DNA from: Eledone cirrhosa
Lineage: Eukaryota
DNA: 64,000 nucleotides
Assembly: GCA_964016885.1 (NCBI GenBank)
Contig: OZ024753.1
Coordinates: forward strand, 3,720,001 to 3,784,000
Direction: 5' to 3'
Shown here: positions 43,251 through 56,159 of the stretch, piece after piece
Layout of the letters: every line of letters begins with the position of its first letter
Numbering within the stretch: the stretch's first letter is position 1
The notes under the pieces: model-generated
What the model saw: only the letters and a program-made list of their open reading frames with translations
Database searches by the model: none
Told to the model about the DNA's origin: nothing
Program-made: the position numbers and the translations under genes

Positions 43251-44509
43251 TGGTTGTTGTTTTCAGCATGGTTGTTGTTTTCAACAAGTTCATTACTTTT
43301 TAATGTTTGAACAAAATAATGTTTGTTATGTCTGTTAGTTCAGTGATATTAGCTTTCTTTTCTTTGTTTGTTTTTCGAATATATGTTAATACATATTTTT
43401 TTAATCTCTGTCTGAGGGGTGTTTGCTTATATTAGTGTTTCAACCACTGTAGTGAGCGCCACTTCCAACTCCTCCATGTGACAAAGCCATCTTGTAGTGC
43501 TAGTAAATATTGATTATAGAATATGAATACACTTAAATATTCAAAAACAAACCATATTTTTTACCCCCAGGCTAAACTGATAAGCAGGAGATTGAAATAT
43601 TATGAAGTTTTCTTACTGGTAAAATATTCCGAAATAATTGTATTTCTATTAAGTATAAATGCGTTAAATGCAAAAACAAAGAGAGATCACATTTCGTCCG
43701 ACGCTGTTGTACATTGACCACAGGGTTGCAAGACATTGCAAACAATACCAAAGCAAAATACAAAAGAAAACAACCAGTAAGGAACCACAGCGGATTTGCA
43801 TGGAACAAAAGCCCGCGTGTGGCTAGCTTCCGAACCATGTTACACGAATAAATACTTTATATGTACCAATAACAACATATCTACAAGCAATGATCAATGT
43901 AATGGTGTGAAAATATTGGCTAATTCAGGACGCAACATACTCAACCACATATTGCTCTGACGAACCCAGTGTATATCGCACCACTTCTTGCGACCAGACT
44001 AGAGCCATGTGTTTAGAGCATGATCATTATCTCTCGTCTTTAATTTAAAAAAAAAAATCTCTTCATCTCTTTCCTGGCATCCCCATTAAAATTTTGAAGA
44101 AATAGATGAGGATGGGACATGAGAGGATAAGAGCCGTCCACAAACAAATCAAATATAACCACCAGGCAGAAGTAGAACATAGGTACATCTTTACCAAAGA
44201 TAGAGTCAGATGGCAGTGGGATCTGTTCCGTATAGGATAAGAGAACTTTTATATAAATTCAGTAAATAAGAAAGGACCTAATAAGGAATGAGTGCGTACT
44301 GGGCGGTTTCGTTGCTCTGCATTCACCTGAAAGAGGTTCCGTTACAGGCAGTTCCAACACCACTACGTTTGTAAAATTTATCCTACGCTGCCTATCTCCC
44401 CATTACTGCAGTATTTCAAGATTACAAACGTTTCCCTATTCTCTGAAGTAGATGATCTTAGCCAACGCTCAGGCTCATCGTAACTCGTATTCTCAATAAT
44501 ATTGATCAA

Positions 44510-45090
44510 TAATTTAGGCAAAAGGGCAGCAGATTCATGGGAAGGGTAAGGTTTATTAAATCAGCACTAGGCCATGACTGATACTCTACTTTAGCTACCC
44601 CGAGATAGTGAAAGACAAAGTATTTTAACTCTGAATGCAAAGATCCAGAACGAATTCCGTAATGATAAAATATCCCGCAATATCATTTTATCCGACGCTC
44701 TTCCACCTCTGTCAAACCAACACCCTCTTATCGTTACATATAATTTAGGCACAAGGCCAGCAATGTTGGGGGAGAGGGGGGATAAGAAAGCCGATTAAAT
44801 CGATGCCAGTACTTCATTGGGACGTTATATTTTACGAGCTGGAATGAATAATGGTAAAGATGATTTCAGCGGGATTTGAACTCAAAACGTAAATGGTTGT
44901 AACTAAATGTCCTGACATATATTTCCAACGCTCTAACGATTCTGCTAATAAATTATCCTCATGGTATCTTATTTAGCCACAAGGTCAGCAAACTGGGAAA
45001 AGTGGAAGTCGATGAAATGGACGATAGAACTTGATTGGTACATTATCTTATCTAACTAGGGAGGATAAAAGGCAGACTTGAACTCAGTAC
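44510..45090 (-). mobile_element. Cluster of three old tRNA-SINE copies
   Basis: Repeated ttaggcacaaggccagcaa-like starts with degenerate bodies. Confidence 0.75.
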
Positions 45091-45318
45091 TATTGTAGTG
45101 ATTTCTGCGGTGCAGTCGATAATTGATCTCGGCAGATAAAGGGAAGCGAAAATACTAAACTTTTAGTTGGCCTCTTTATTAATTCCAGCAACAGCATCAT
45201 ACAGCAGGCCACACAAGAACCACATGCCGTTGTCGAATTATTTTAGCGTTTAACTATATCTATGTACTTCTGTATTAACCCAGATAATTTATCATACACA
45301 CACACATGCACAGATCGC

Positions 45319-45368
<50 letters not shown>

Positions 45369-45372
45369 TTAT

Positions 45373-45550
45373 ATTAGAGAAGGAGCTTCTACAGGACTAG
45401 TACTGTTTCATTCAGATGAAATCTTCAGGAAGCTCATGAGCTTCCTGAATGAGACAGTACTAGTCCTGTAGAAGCTCCTTCTATAAAATAAATTTTTTTT
45501 ACTCTGCCATGTATTGAGTACCTTACTTACTGTGGTTATCCGGGACCTAC

Positions 45551-45551
<1 letters not shown>
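45373..45551 (+). mobile_element. Family B variant fold-back element
   Basis: Tail gtattgagtaccttacttactgtggtta; arms centred on gagctc-at-gagc. Confidence 0.85.
45383..45435 (-). ncRNA. Type I hammerhead ribozyme motif (family B variant)
   Basis: GAGCTTC-CTGAAGA-TTTC ATCT GAAT-GAA-ACAG tactagtc CTGT-A-GAAGCTC; compensatory A-T to C-G change in stem I. Confidence 0.85.
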
Positions 45552-45591
<40 letters not shown>

Positions 45592-45751
45592 GGATAAGAG
45601 GAGGGCTGTGTGGTTATTGATAACGGGTGTTAGAAGGTAAGGACATAAAAACAAGAGATGCACAGTCTCCCTTCGTCAGTCGTAAACTACGGATCACGGA
45701 TGTTTCGGCGCATTATATATATATATTTATATATATATATATATATATATA

Positions 45752-45855
45752 AAGGATGTCCCCCTAAATGTATACACACGTTTATTACATCCACAGGTAA
45801 TATTTATTAGAATGCTGTTGACGTGTGTATATATTTTGGGGGGGACATTCAGTAT
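45752..45855. mobile_element. Tc1/mariner-like MITE (~100 bp)
   Basis: TIR ggatgtccccc..aaatgtatacacacgt / acgtgtgtatatattttgggggggacattc; second copy at 52578-52677. Confidence 0.65.
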
Positions 45856-45859
45856 ATAA

Positions 45860-46160
45860 CTGGCACTTCATCATGTACGACGACGAATGTTCCAGAGATA
45901 TGATCAATGGAACAACCTGCTCTTGAAATTAACGTGCAAGTGGCTGAGCATTCCAGAGAAACGTGTACTCTTAACGTAGTTATCAGAGAGATTAAAAGGC
46001 CGTATAATGTGACAAGGCTGGCCAATCGAACTACAGGTACAACTCACCTTTGTCAACTAAGTTGACTGGAGCAGCGTGAAATAAAGTGTCTTGCTCAAGG
46101 ACACAACACGCCATCGAGAACCGAAACCACAACATTAGGATAGTGAGCCGAATACCCTAA
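45860..46160 (-). mobile_element. Second SINE family (tRNA head, CORE-like domain)
   Basis: gaaataaagtgtcttgctcaaggacacaac; a head fragment also occurs at 47695-47815. Confidence 0.8.
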
Positions 46161-46173
46161 GCGCAATACCTTC

Positions 46174-46214
<41 letters not shown>

Positions 46215-46231
46215 TATATATATATATATAT

Positions 46232-46267
<36 letters not shown>

Positions 46268-46271
<4 letters not shown>

Positions 46272-46520
46272 GGAGACCGAGGTTGGCTGGACATGCTCAC
46301 CGACATCCAGAGTTGACATTGCACTCAGTGCTCCTTTGGGAGCCCCTACATGGACACACTAGAAGAGGAAGACCAAGGTTAACATATGTTGATGCCCTAA
46401 GGACAGACACTGGTCTGTTGGAGATGCAGGATATGGCAGCGATAATGAGGGACAGAGACCGCTGGAGAGAACTCGTCCATGGATCTCGGGAATTTTACCC
46501 GCCTTAGATAGATAGATATA
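46268..46520 (+). mobile_element. RTE-clade LINE 3' fragment
   Basis: LAGHAHRHPE...LLWEPLHGHTRRGRPRLTYVD...MRDRDRWRELV is a typical RTE C-terminus; (TAGA)n tail. Confidence 0.85.
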
Positions 46521-47018
46521 TATACACTGGGCTTTACTGAAGAAAGTAGAAGCCATTTATATATTAAATAAATATATAAATATATATATATATATATTTT
46601 ACACAACGAAGTTTTACTTTGGATGTTTTTATTTAACATGGGAAGGTATCTGCTTATTGTATGCATACCTGTAATGTCACAGAAGCACACACACACACAC
46701 ACGTACAAGCACACACAAACACACACACAGAGACACACATGCTCACACACACTCTCCCATACAAACAAACGTGTGTCTGTATGGCCTTGTTTAAGCGTAT
46801 GTTATCATAAGTATGTTTGTATGTGTGCGTGTTTGTCTATATATGTAAGTGTGTATCTCTAACAGCATCATGTATGCGTATCCACAGAAACCAATTTTTA
46901 CACGCGCTTGCGTATATATGCTTGCGTATGTGTATATATATATATATACATGTGTGTGTATGTGTTTGTGTATATATATATATACATGTGTGTATATATA
47001 TATATACATGTGTGTGTA

Positions 47019-47052
<34 letters not shown>

Positions 47053-47152
47053 CAAGTGTGTGCATATATATACATATGCATGTATGTGCGTGTCTGTATA
47101 TATATATGCATGTCTGTGTGTGTATATATATATATATATATACATGTGTGTA

Positions 47153-47186
<34 letters not shown>

Positions 47187-48351
47187 CATGTGTGTGTGTA
47201 TATATATATATGCATTTATGTGTGTGTCTGTATATATATATATATATATATATACATGCATGTCTGTGTCTGTTTGTACGTGTGTGTCTGTATATATATA
47301 TATATATATACATGTGTATGTGTATATATGCACGTGTGTGAATAAAAGTATAAAATAATGAATGAAACGTTTCCGATTTCTGTTCATATATATCCTAGCA
47401 CTTCAAAGTTTATAACCGTATCATTAACTATGAATATAAATAAAATATATAGCGTGCATACAGACACACGTATGAGCGCATACATACCCTTTCACAAGTC
47501 ACACTCGCACACAAATATATATGCACATGATCAAGCATACGTACATGCTATCATATATATATAAACACATTCATGCACATATGCATAGATAAATCATACA
47601 TAGGAACGATCGACTTTCGTCAAATAGGACCGAGGGAACAATGTTTCCGTCGGTCTTTCCAATTGCTAATACTATCTATCGGTCGCAACTCCAGGTAGAA
47701 GGAGCAACGTGAAATAAAGTGTCTTGCTCAAGGACATAACGCATCACCTGGTCCAGGAATCGAACTCACAACCTTAGGATTGCGAATCCAATTCTCTAAC
47801 CACTCAGCCACACGTCTTCACAGACATAAATACATAGAACACTATCTGGCATATTGGTGCCTTTAGCGAAGTCCACTCTGTCGTCAGGATTCCGCCAGCT
47901 CACCGTTTGGGGATAAGGTCATTTCTCCCTCTTACCAGTATCGAAAGCCCTTAGAAAAGGTCATGGACATCATCTTGACCAGGCGAGGTAAATAAAATAA
48001 AACATACATATATACCAAAATTCGTATATATATAACCATACACACAAACTTTTATACATGCAGACACACACACATACAACCTCACATATATATGCATACT
48101 TAAACCTACTCTGGTATACATGTATACATATATACAGAGATATACGTGTGAGGTGTTTGTAATAATTGTTGTTGACATTGATTTTGTTTAACCTCAACTT
48201 TCCATGCGTGGACATCCAGTCTAAATTTTCGGATAACATATAAACCAATATATCGTACTCGCGCTAATCTGAGGGCGATTTGGTAGCTTTTTGTAGAAGG
48301 TTGCACCGCCACAAACTGTTGATACTATCGATGGTGTTGTTTGTGATGGTT

Positions 48352-48645
48352 GGCGGTGTAGCAACGATCGTGGTGGCGTAGCAACGATCGTGGCGGTGTA
48401 GCAACGATCGTGGCGGTGTAGCAACGATCGTGGCGGTGTAGCAACGATCGTGGCGGTGTAGCAACGATCGTGGCGGTGTAGCAACGATCGTGGCGGTGTA
48501 GCAACGATCGTGGCGGTGTAGCAACGATCGTGGTGGCGTAGCAACGGTCGTGGCGGTGTAGCAACGGTCGTGGCGGTGTAGCAACGGTCGTGGCGGTGTA
48601 GTAACGGTCGTGGCGGTGTAGTAACGGTCGTGGTGGTGTAGTAAT
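48352..48645. repeat. 20-bp minisatellite gtagcaacgatcgtggcggt, ~14 copies
   Basis: Directly visible tandem array. Confidence 0.95.
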
Positions 48646-48964
48646 GAGCTTCGTACATGTGATAGTTGTGATGGAAGTCCAGTGATGTTGTTAATGTTTG
48701 AGAATATGTTGGTGGTGTTAGTGCTGGTGGTGGTGTATATGGATGTGGTGGTTATGTTAGTGGTAATATCAACTGTGTTGATATAGTATGTTGATGGTAA
48801 TAGTGTTGATGATAGAGATAGTTATTGAAGTTATGGCTGATGATGATGATTCCATGACTATTATTGTTGTTTGTGGTAGATTAATGGTAGCGGTGACGGT
48901 TTTGGCATTGAAGAGGTGATTGTCTTATTGGTGGAGTTGGGACTGATAGTGATGTTGGTAAGGC

Positions 48965-49512
48965 GAGGGTAGAGTTGGCGGTGAGCGTAGCGTTGGCGGC
49001 GAGCGTAGCGTTGGCGGTGAGCGTAGCGTTGGCGGCGAGCGTAGCGTTGGCGGTGAGCGTAGCGTTGGCGGCGAGCGTAGCGTTGGCGGCGAGCGTAGCG
49101 TTGGCGGCGAGCGTAGCGTTGGCGGCGAACGTAGCGTTGGCGGTGAGCGTAGCGTTGGCGGCGAGCGTAGCGTTGGCGGTGGGGTATGGTATTGACAGTG
49201 ATATTGGTAAGGATAGCGTTGCCGGTGAGGGTGAGGTTGGCAATGGGGGTGAGGTTGTTGGTGAGGGTAGCGTTGGCGGCGAGGGTAGCGTTGGCGGCGA
49301 GGGTAGCGTCGGCGGCGAGGGTAGCGTCGGCGGCGAGGGTAGCGTCGGCGGCGAGGGTAGCGTCGGCGGCGAGGGTAGCGTCGGCGGCGAGGGTAGCGTT
49401 GGCGGCGGGGGTAGCGTTGGTGGCGAGGGTAGCGTCGGCGGCGAGGGTAGCGTCGGCGGCGAGGGTAGCGTTGGCGGCGAGGGTAGCGTCGGCGGCGAGG
49501 GTAGCGTTGGCA
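48965..49512. repeat. Two 18-bp minisatellite blocks (gagcgtagcgttggcggc; gagggtagcgtcggcggc)
   Basis: Directly visible tandem arrays. Confidence 0.95.
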
Positions 49513-50017
49513 GTGATGTATGGGTATAAATAATGGCAATAATCCTAAAAATACGGTCGTCCGAGTGGTGATGATGGTGCTGGTGATAGTGTTAAGTTAT
49601 TGGTGATGTTAACGCTGGTGTATGAGTACATTAGTACGGAAGATGGCGGGGGAGGTAGTAATAGATGTAGAGTTGGTGCTGTTCATGGTCATGTTGGGGA
49701 CAATAGTGATGTTAGTGCGGATGGTAGTGACAAGGAGGGTGGTGTTGTGGTAATAGTACAGGGGTTAGGGGGGACCATGGAGTAACATTTTGTCTGTTGA
49801 TTTAGTTATTCTATCGTTTTTTCTTCTATAATTTCATTAGAATTGTTAGTCGTCGAATGTTCAATTGTGTGCATATTGTGTGTATATATGTATATATATA
49901 TGTATATATATATGTGTGTGTGAGTGTGTGTGAGGCTCTATGTCTTGTGTGTATATATATATATATATATATGTGTATGTGCATATGATGGTTTATATTA
50001 TGTGTATGTATATATAT

Positions 50018-50120
50018 CCCGCCGAGGTTAACTTTGCCTTTCATCCTTACAGGGTCGATAAAATAAAGTACCAGTAATGCACTGGTCAAGTGCTGCCCTT
50101 GTGCCAAATGTAGAAACAGT
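50018..50120 (+). mobile_element. 5'-truncated tRNA-SINE
   Basis: Family body and 3' end. Confidence 0.85.
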
Positions 50121-50341
50121 TATGTGTATGTATATATATATATGTATATATATATATGTGTGTGTGTGTGTGTGCATATCTTGCGTATATAAGTGAAGCC
50201 ATTTAAGTATGTAACTGCATGTGTGTGGTTATGTAAAGGTATGAGGTTATATGATGTGAGGTGTTCGCATTTTATTACTTGACTGAGTTATATATATGCA
50301 TATAACTATATACAAGCACACAGACACACACACACACACAC

Positions 50342-50380
<39 letters not shown>

Positions 50381-50498
50381 GTAATCTGAGTTTTTCGAAT
50401 ATTGATAATAATATTCGATTCGTTTACAATTATGCAAACAACCTTTTTTTAAAAGCCATGTCAGTAGCCCCTCATTCTTGCTCTGGTGTTGGCATGTA

Positions 50499-50545
<47 letters not shown>

Positions 50546-50717
50546 TCATATTTATTTATTCAATTTAAACGTCCGTATTGAGCTAATAAGCCATGACAGA
50601 CTAGGGAAGCATCGAGTACTCCTTACAGTTGGCAATCAAAAGAGCTAGTGAGAGAAGCAATAAAAAAATTAAAGGGAAAAAAATAAAATGAATGTGTACA
50701 CACACACACACATATAT

Positions 50718-50766
<49 letters not shown>

Positions 50767-51513
50767 CATATATATGTATGTATATATATATATTATACAT
50801 GTGACTTGGTGAACATTTTTGTTTACAACCGAGAAATTAGTACTCAGTATATAAGTTGATTGTATATATATCTGAAGATTGTGAAAGATTTTTAAGTCGC
50901 AATCCTTTGAACAATAGCAAGAGGAATCATAAAATGATATTCAACGATCTGATTCAAGAAGGTTCGACTTGTAATACTGTATATATCTATATGTGTATGT
51001 GTGTTAGTGTATGTCAGTGTATATGTTAGTGTATATGTTAGTGTATATGTTAGTGTATATGTTAGTGTATATGTTAGTGTATATGTTAATGTGTATGAGA
51101 TTGAATGTTGAATATATATTGATAAATAACATAATATCCATAATATAATATACTAAAAATATTCAAGCATTAATTGAATGAGGACTCAATACGGGTGGGC
51201 AGAGTGGGAAAACATATTCTCTGGGTATAAAATTGGCTGTGATTTCGAAGTTTATGTTTGGTCACTCCATCAAAGGTGTATACGCAAGGGTATCTCTCTG
51301 AGGTTTATATGGACATCTGAATGCGGAATGTGTCTTTCAGTGAGTGTTTGTATATTTACAGATGGGTTTGGTTTGTTTTCTTTGGAATATCTATCAGTAC
51401 ACTAATATATTATTTGTGTATATTATGGCATGTGTTCTCTCAAACAGTACATTTCTATATGTAGAATAATGTGTGTGATTTGTTGTGTGCGTGTGCATAT
51501 ATATGTATATGTA

Positions 51514-51602
51514 GAATCTCATCTATATTAAAACTGTTATACTCTGCTATGTATTGAGTACCTTACTTACTGTGGTTACCTCCGATTCAACCCGGAATAA
51601 CG
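51514..51602 (+). mobile_element. Family B copy starting at the predicted ribozyme cleavage site
   Basis: Begins GAATCTCATC directly after the tatgta microsatellite; full tail to cccggaataacg. Confidence 0.85.
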
Positions 51603-51707
51603 TACATATATATATATATATATGTATGTATGTATGTATACATATATACATGTATATATATATATAGGAAAATATTATATATTTGTATGTGTGAGTGCAG
51701 GATATCC

Positions 51708-51752
<45 letters not shown>

Positions 51753-52290
51753 CACACACACATATGTATTTATGTGTGTATGTCTATGTGTATGTGTGTC
51801 CGTGTGTGTGTAAGTGAATGAGTGTAAGTGTGAATGTCTGTGCGATTACATAAGTATATACATAAGTATATACATAAGTATATACATAAGTATATATGTT
51901 TGTTATTAATTCTTATTCTCAACATATAAGGTTTCTATTTCAATCTTATGGTTTAAGAATACTACGTTATATGATATATAGTTTAACTGGAGACATGCGG
52001 CCTGTATATGAAATGTTATAGCGGTACCGGTAAATAAGAACCGGCCCGCACACTTCAGTTTATCACCTACTCTGTTTACCTTTCACATGGTACATATTCT
52101 ACTGATTTCGCCCTTAATGTAATTATCATTGAGAAAGGAATGCACACCTTACACTCATCTAATCAGCCTCTATATACATGTGAAGTGATGTAGTCTCTGA
52201 ACTAGTACACACTACACGTCCGTCAGAATGTACCTATACAAACATACATAAATATGAGGAGCTCTCTTTCTCCCTCTGTATGCGTGTATT

Positions 52291-52325
<35 letters not shown>

Positions 52326-52328
<3 letters not shown>

Positions 52329-52469
52329 ATTCCGGGTTGAAGAGACCTATAAATACCATATTCCGGGTTGAAGAGACCTATAAATACCATATTTATTTTT
52401 TGATACCCAGATTCCTGATGATTTCTAATGAATGAAACAGTTCTAGTCCTGTAGAATCTCATCTATATC
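52326..52469. mobile_element. Rearranged family B copy with intact hammerhead (52409-52460, +)
   Basis: AGATTC-CTGATGA-TTTC TAAT GAAT-GAA-ACAG ttctagtc CTGT-A-GAATCT. Confidence 0.8.
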
Positions 52470-52577
52470 TCTCTCTCTCTATATATATATATATATACAC
52501 ACACACAATTACACATACACATACTTATAAATATACATATAATTATACATACACACATATATGTACGTATATACATA

Positions 52578-52677
52578 TAGGGTATCCCAAAAATGTATAG
52601 ACAATTTGATTACCTGCACAGGCAATATTTATTAGAATACTGTTGAAGTGTATATATATCTTGGGGAGATGCCCTGT
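52578..52677. mobile_element. Tc1/mariner-like MITE, second copy
   Basis: agggtatccc...gatgccctg; shares caggcaatatttattagaat with 45752. Confidence 0.6.
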
Positions 52678-52688
52678 GTGTATATATA

Positions 52689-52726
<38 letters not shown>

Positions 52727-53081
52727 TTTTATGTATATTGTCTATATGTTTATTTATGTAGTTAATATCTTGAATTTCAATGTTTATTGTTATGGGTTTT
52801 TCCTGTGTTTGTATGTATTGTTTTGTGTGTGTGTATATATATATATATACACACACACAAAACAATATATACAAAAATTTAAGTAAGTAAGTAAAAAATT
52901 TTTTAAAAATTTAAAAAAAAATATCTTCTTATTTTACGTCTTTTATATATATATATATATATATATAGTAATAATAATAAAATTGAAGACTAAAATCCAA
53001 AGAGGGCTTTTTAATAAATATATACATATATATATATACATACATGCAAACCGAACACACACAGACATATATATGTGTATG

Positions 53082-53118
<37 letters not shown>

Positions 53119-53899
53119 GTGTGTATATGTGTATGTATATATGTGTGTATATATATATGTATGTACATGTATATATAGATATGTATATATATATATGAGT
53201 TTGTGACTGTGTGTGTGTGTGTGCGTGTGTGCATGTGTACAAATGTGTATATAGCATCATGCTATATACATGTGGCATGTGTAAGTTCGAGGACGCGTTG
53301 TTAAAATGGTTAACTACAAACTACATTGTGTATGTCTCTCTCTCTCTGGAACTCGCTGTCGAAACGGCATGAGCTCAGCCGTCGGGCCGTGACACATTCT
53401 AACAGTCACACTCTACTATCCCAAGCATCGAGTACCCTGTTGAATAATGCTCTATATACATATGTACGTATATATATATATATATATACATTTTTATATA
53501 AATACATAAATATCAGGATTATGTATGCGGGTGTATATATATATATGTATATAATTATGTTTGCATATATGTATGTATATATATATATATGTCGATTCGA
53601 CTGTATCTCCTGTTGCCTTTCTCTTTATACATGTCTCTCTTTCCCCCTCTCTCTCTTTCTCTGTGTCTCCTCGCTGCATCTCTCTCATGCATATAGACAT
53701 ATGCACAAACATGCCGACATATCCGAACGTAACCATGCCTACCCGCCCATCTATATACACACACATGGCTACCCATTCACACATGCATACATAGAGGGTC
53801 CACGCAAACTTTTACACATTATCTTTCACACATGTTGACATAAACATATACACACACACACGTACATACATAGATAGATACATACATACATATATGCAT

Positions 53900-54377
53900 T
53901 GAGAGAGACAGAGAGAGACAGACAGAACGAATGCTAGAAAGAGCGACGGGGAGAGAAAGTGTGCGAGACTGAGGGACCGAGGGCAAATAAATGGACCAAA
54001 AACTTACATAAACACATACACATACATACATACATACATACATACATACATACATGCATGCATGCATGCATGCATGCATGCATACATACATACATTGAGA
54101 GAGACAGACAGAGAATGAATGCTAGAAAGAGCGACGGGGAGAGAACGTGTGCGAGACTGAGGGACCGAGGGCAAATAAATGGACCAAAAACTTACATAAA
54201 CACATACACACACACACACATACATACATACATACATACATACATACATACATACATACATACATACATACATACATAGAGAGAGACAGACAGAGAAGGA
54301 ATGCTAGAAAGAGCGACGGGGAGAGAAAGTGTACGAGACTGAGGGACCGAGGGCAAATAAATGGACCAAAAACTTAC
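53900..54377. repeat. Tandem triplication of a ~185 bp unit
   Basis: gaatgctagaaagagcgacggggagag...ggaccaaaaactta occurs three times, separated by (CATA)n. Confidence 0.92.
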
Positions 54378-54444
54378 CAGATATGAGTAGGAGGTTAAGT
54401 ATGGCCAGGATGGTCGCGTGTAAAAGCTTGTCATTTCTCTGCAT
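54378..54444 (-). CDS. Candidate first coding exon encoding a signal peptide (MQRNDKLLHATILAILNLLLIS)
   Basis: gcaATG start, charged n-region plus hydrophobic h-region, ending in a phase-1 CTG|gtaagt donor; unique sequence. No downstream exon was identified. Confidence 0.45.
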
Positions 54445-54886
54445 TGCTCTTTGCACGTTTTCCTACGATTACATCATTCCAAAATATTTGTTGTGGCCAG
54501 TTGTACCTAGAATCTGTGGTCGCGTACATCCCAGTTTAGATCCATGTGTGATTTGAAGAACACAAGAAGTAGTTGTGGAAGGAAGGAAGAAATGAAAGAA
54601 GAGAGAGAAACAAACACAGACACACACAGAGAGAAAAGAGAGAGAGTGAAAGATTGATAGGTGAGGGCGAAGGAGAAGGATAACAGAGAAAAGGTAGAGA
54701 GAGAAAAACGAAACGAACGGAGGGGGAAGGTAGAGAAAAAAAAAAAGATAGATAAACAGAGAGACAATTAGAGAGAAAGATAAAAAGAAGAAAGAGAATT
54801 TGAGAGGGGAGAGAAAGAAAGAGAGGTCTTTAGAATGAAAGAAAGATGTAGAGTAACATCGTAAGAAAGACGTCGGTGCGAGTGTC

Positions 54887-54969
<83 letters not shown>

Positions 54970-55130
54970 AATTATGTATGTATATATATTTATGTGTATA
55001 TATATATATGTGTATATATATATATGTATATATATATATGTGTATATATATATATATATGTGTATATATATATATGTGTATATATATATATGTGTATATA
55101 TATATATGTGTATATATATATATATGTGTA

Positions 55131-55161
<31 letters not shown>

Positions 55162-55832
55162 ATATATATATATAAAGATTAGTATTATAGATATATTTTT
55201 ATCCGTTTAAGGTGGATTTGTTGTCACTTGTTATTGTTTTTATTGTTGTTGTTGTTCACTTTTCTGTTATTAGTTTTTTTTTGTTTTTTTTTTGTCAATT
55301 TTTATCTCTCTCTCTCTCTCTTTCTCTCTCTCCCACTCTCTCTTTCTCTCTCCTCTTCCGAAAGCTTGTGAAACAAGCTGTCCGCAGTCTTGTAATTTCT
55401 CCGCGCTTAACTGCCTGCCTTTCTCCTTCTCAGCCTACCACTCTTGTTATAACACAAACCCAGGGACGCATACACATACACACACGCTCTCTCTCTCTCT
55501 CGCAATCTCACTGTCTCTCCCTCACTCTCTCTCTCTCTCAATCTCATTCTCTCTCTCTATCTCACACTGTCTCTCCTTCACTATATCTATCTATCACTTT
55601 TTCTCTCAATCTCCTTCACTGTCTTTCTATCTATCTCTGTCTCTCACCCTCTCTTCTCTCCTTCACTGTCTCTCTCTCTCTCTCTCAATCTCACCCTCTC
55701 TTATCTCTCTATGTCTCTATCCCTCTCACTTATCTCATTTCAAGTATATTTCACTACATTTCTATCTGTATATCTATCTGCCTCTCTCTCTCTCTCTCGG
55801 CGTTCGCATTCCTTTTCTCACTTACCTCTTTC

Positions 55833-55883
<51 letters not shown>

Positions 55884-56159
55884 ATGTGTGTTTGTGTGTG
55901 TGTGTGTGTATGTGTATATGTGTGTTTGTGTGTGTATATGTGTATATATATATATGTGTGTGTGTGTGTGTATATATGTGTATATATATATGAATGTGTG
56001 TGTGTGTGTATACTTGTTTGTCTAACTGTAAAACAGTCACTCTGTAGGTTTCTCTCTCTCTCTTTAGAACCCCGTTTTCTTTCTTTCTTTCCCTCTTTTA
56101 TTCTTTCTCTGTCTCTCTACCTCTCTCTACCTCTCTCTGCCTCTCTATCAATCACATAC

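Noticed and set aside
45590-45716. Minus-strand GAAAC...GTA...CTGACGA in a TA-flanked insert, possible permuted hammerhead
   Set aside because: Stems I and II cannot be paired; single copy.
47888-47987. Possible plus-strand exon (cag|GATTCC...CGAG|gtaaat)
   Set aside because: The frame that looked coding hits TAA after TGG GGA, the length of 100 nt is not frame-preserving, and the pyrimidine tract is weak.
48352-48645. CRISPR-like regular array
   Set aside because: Head-to-tail repeats without unique spacers, no cas genes, eukaryotic context.
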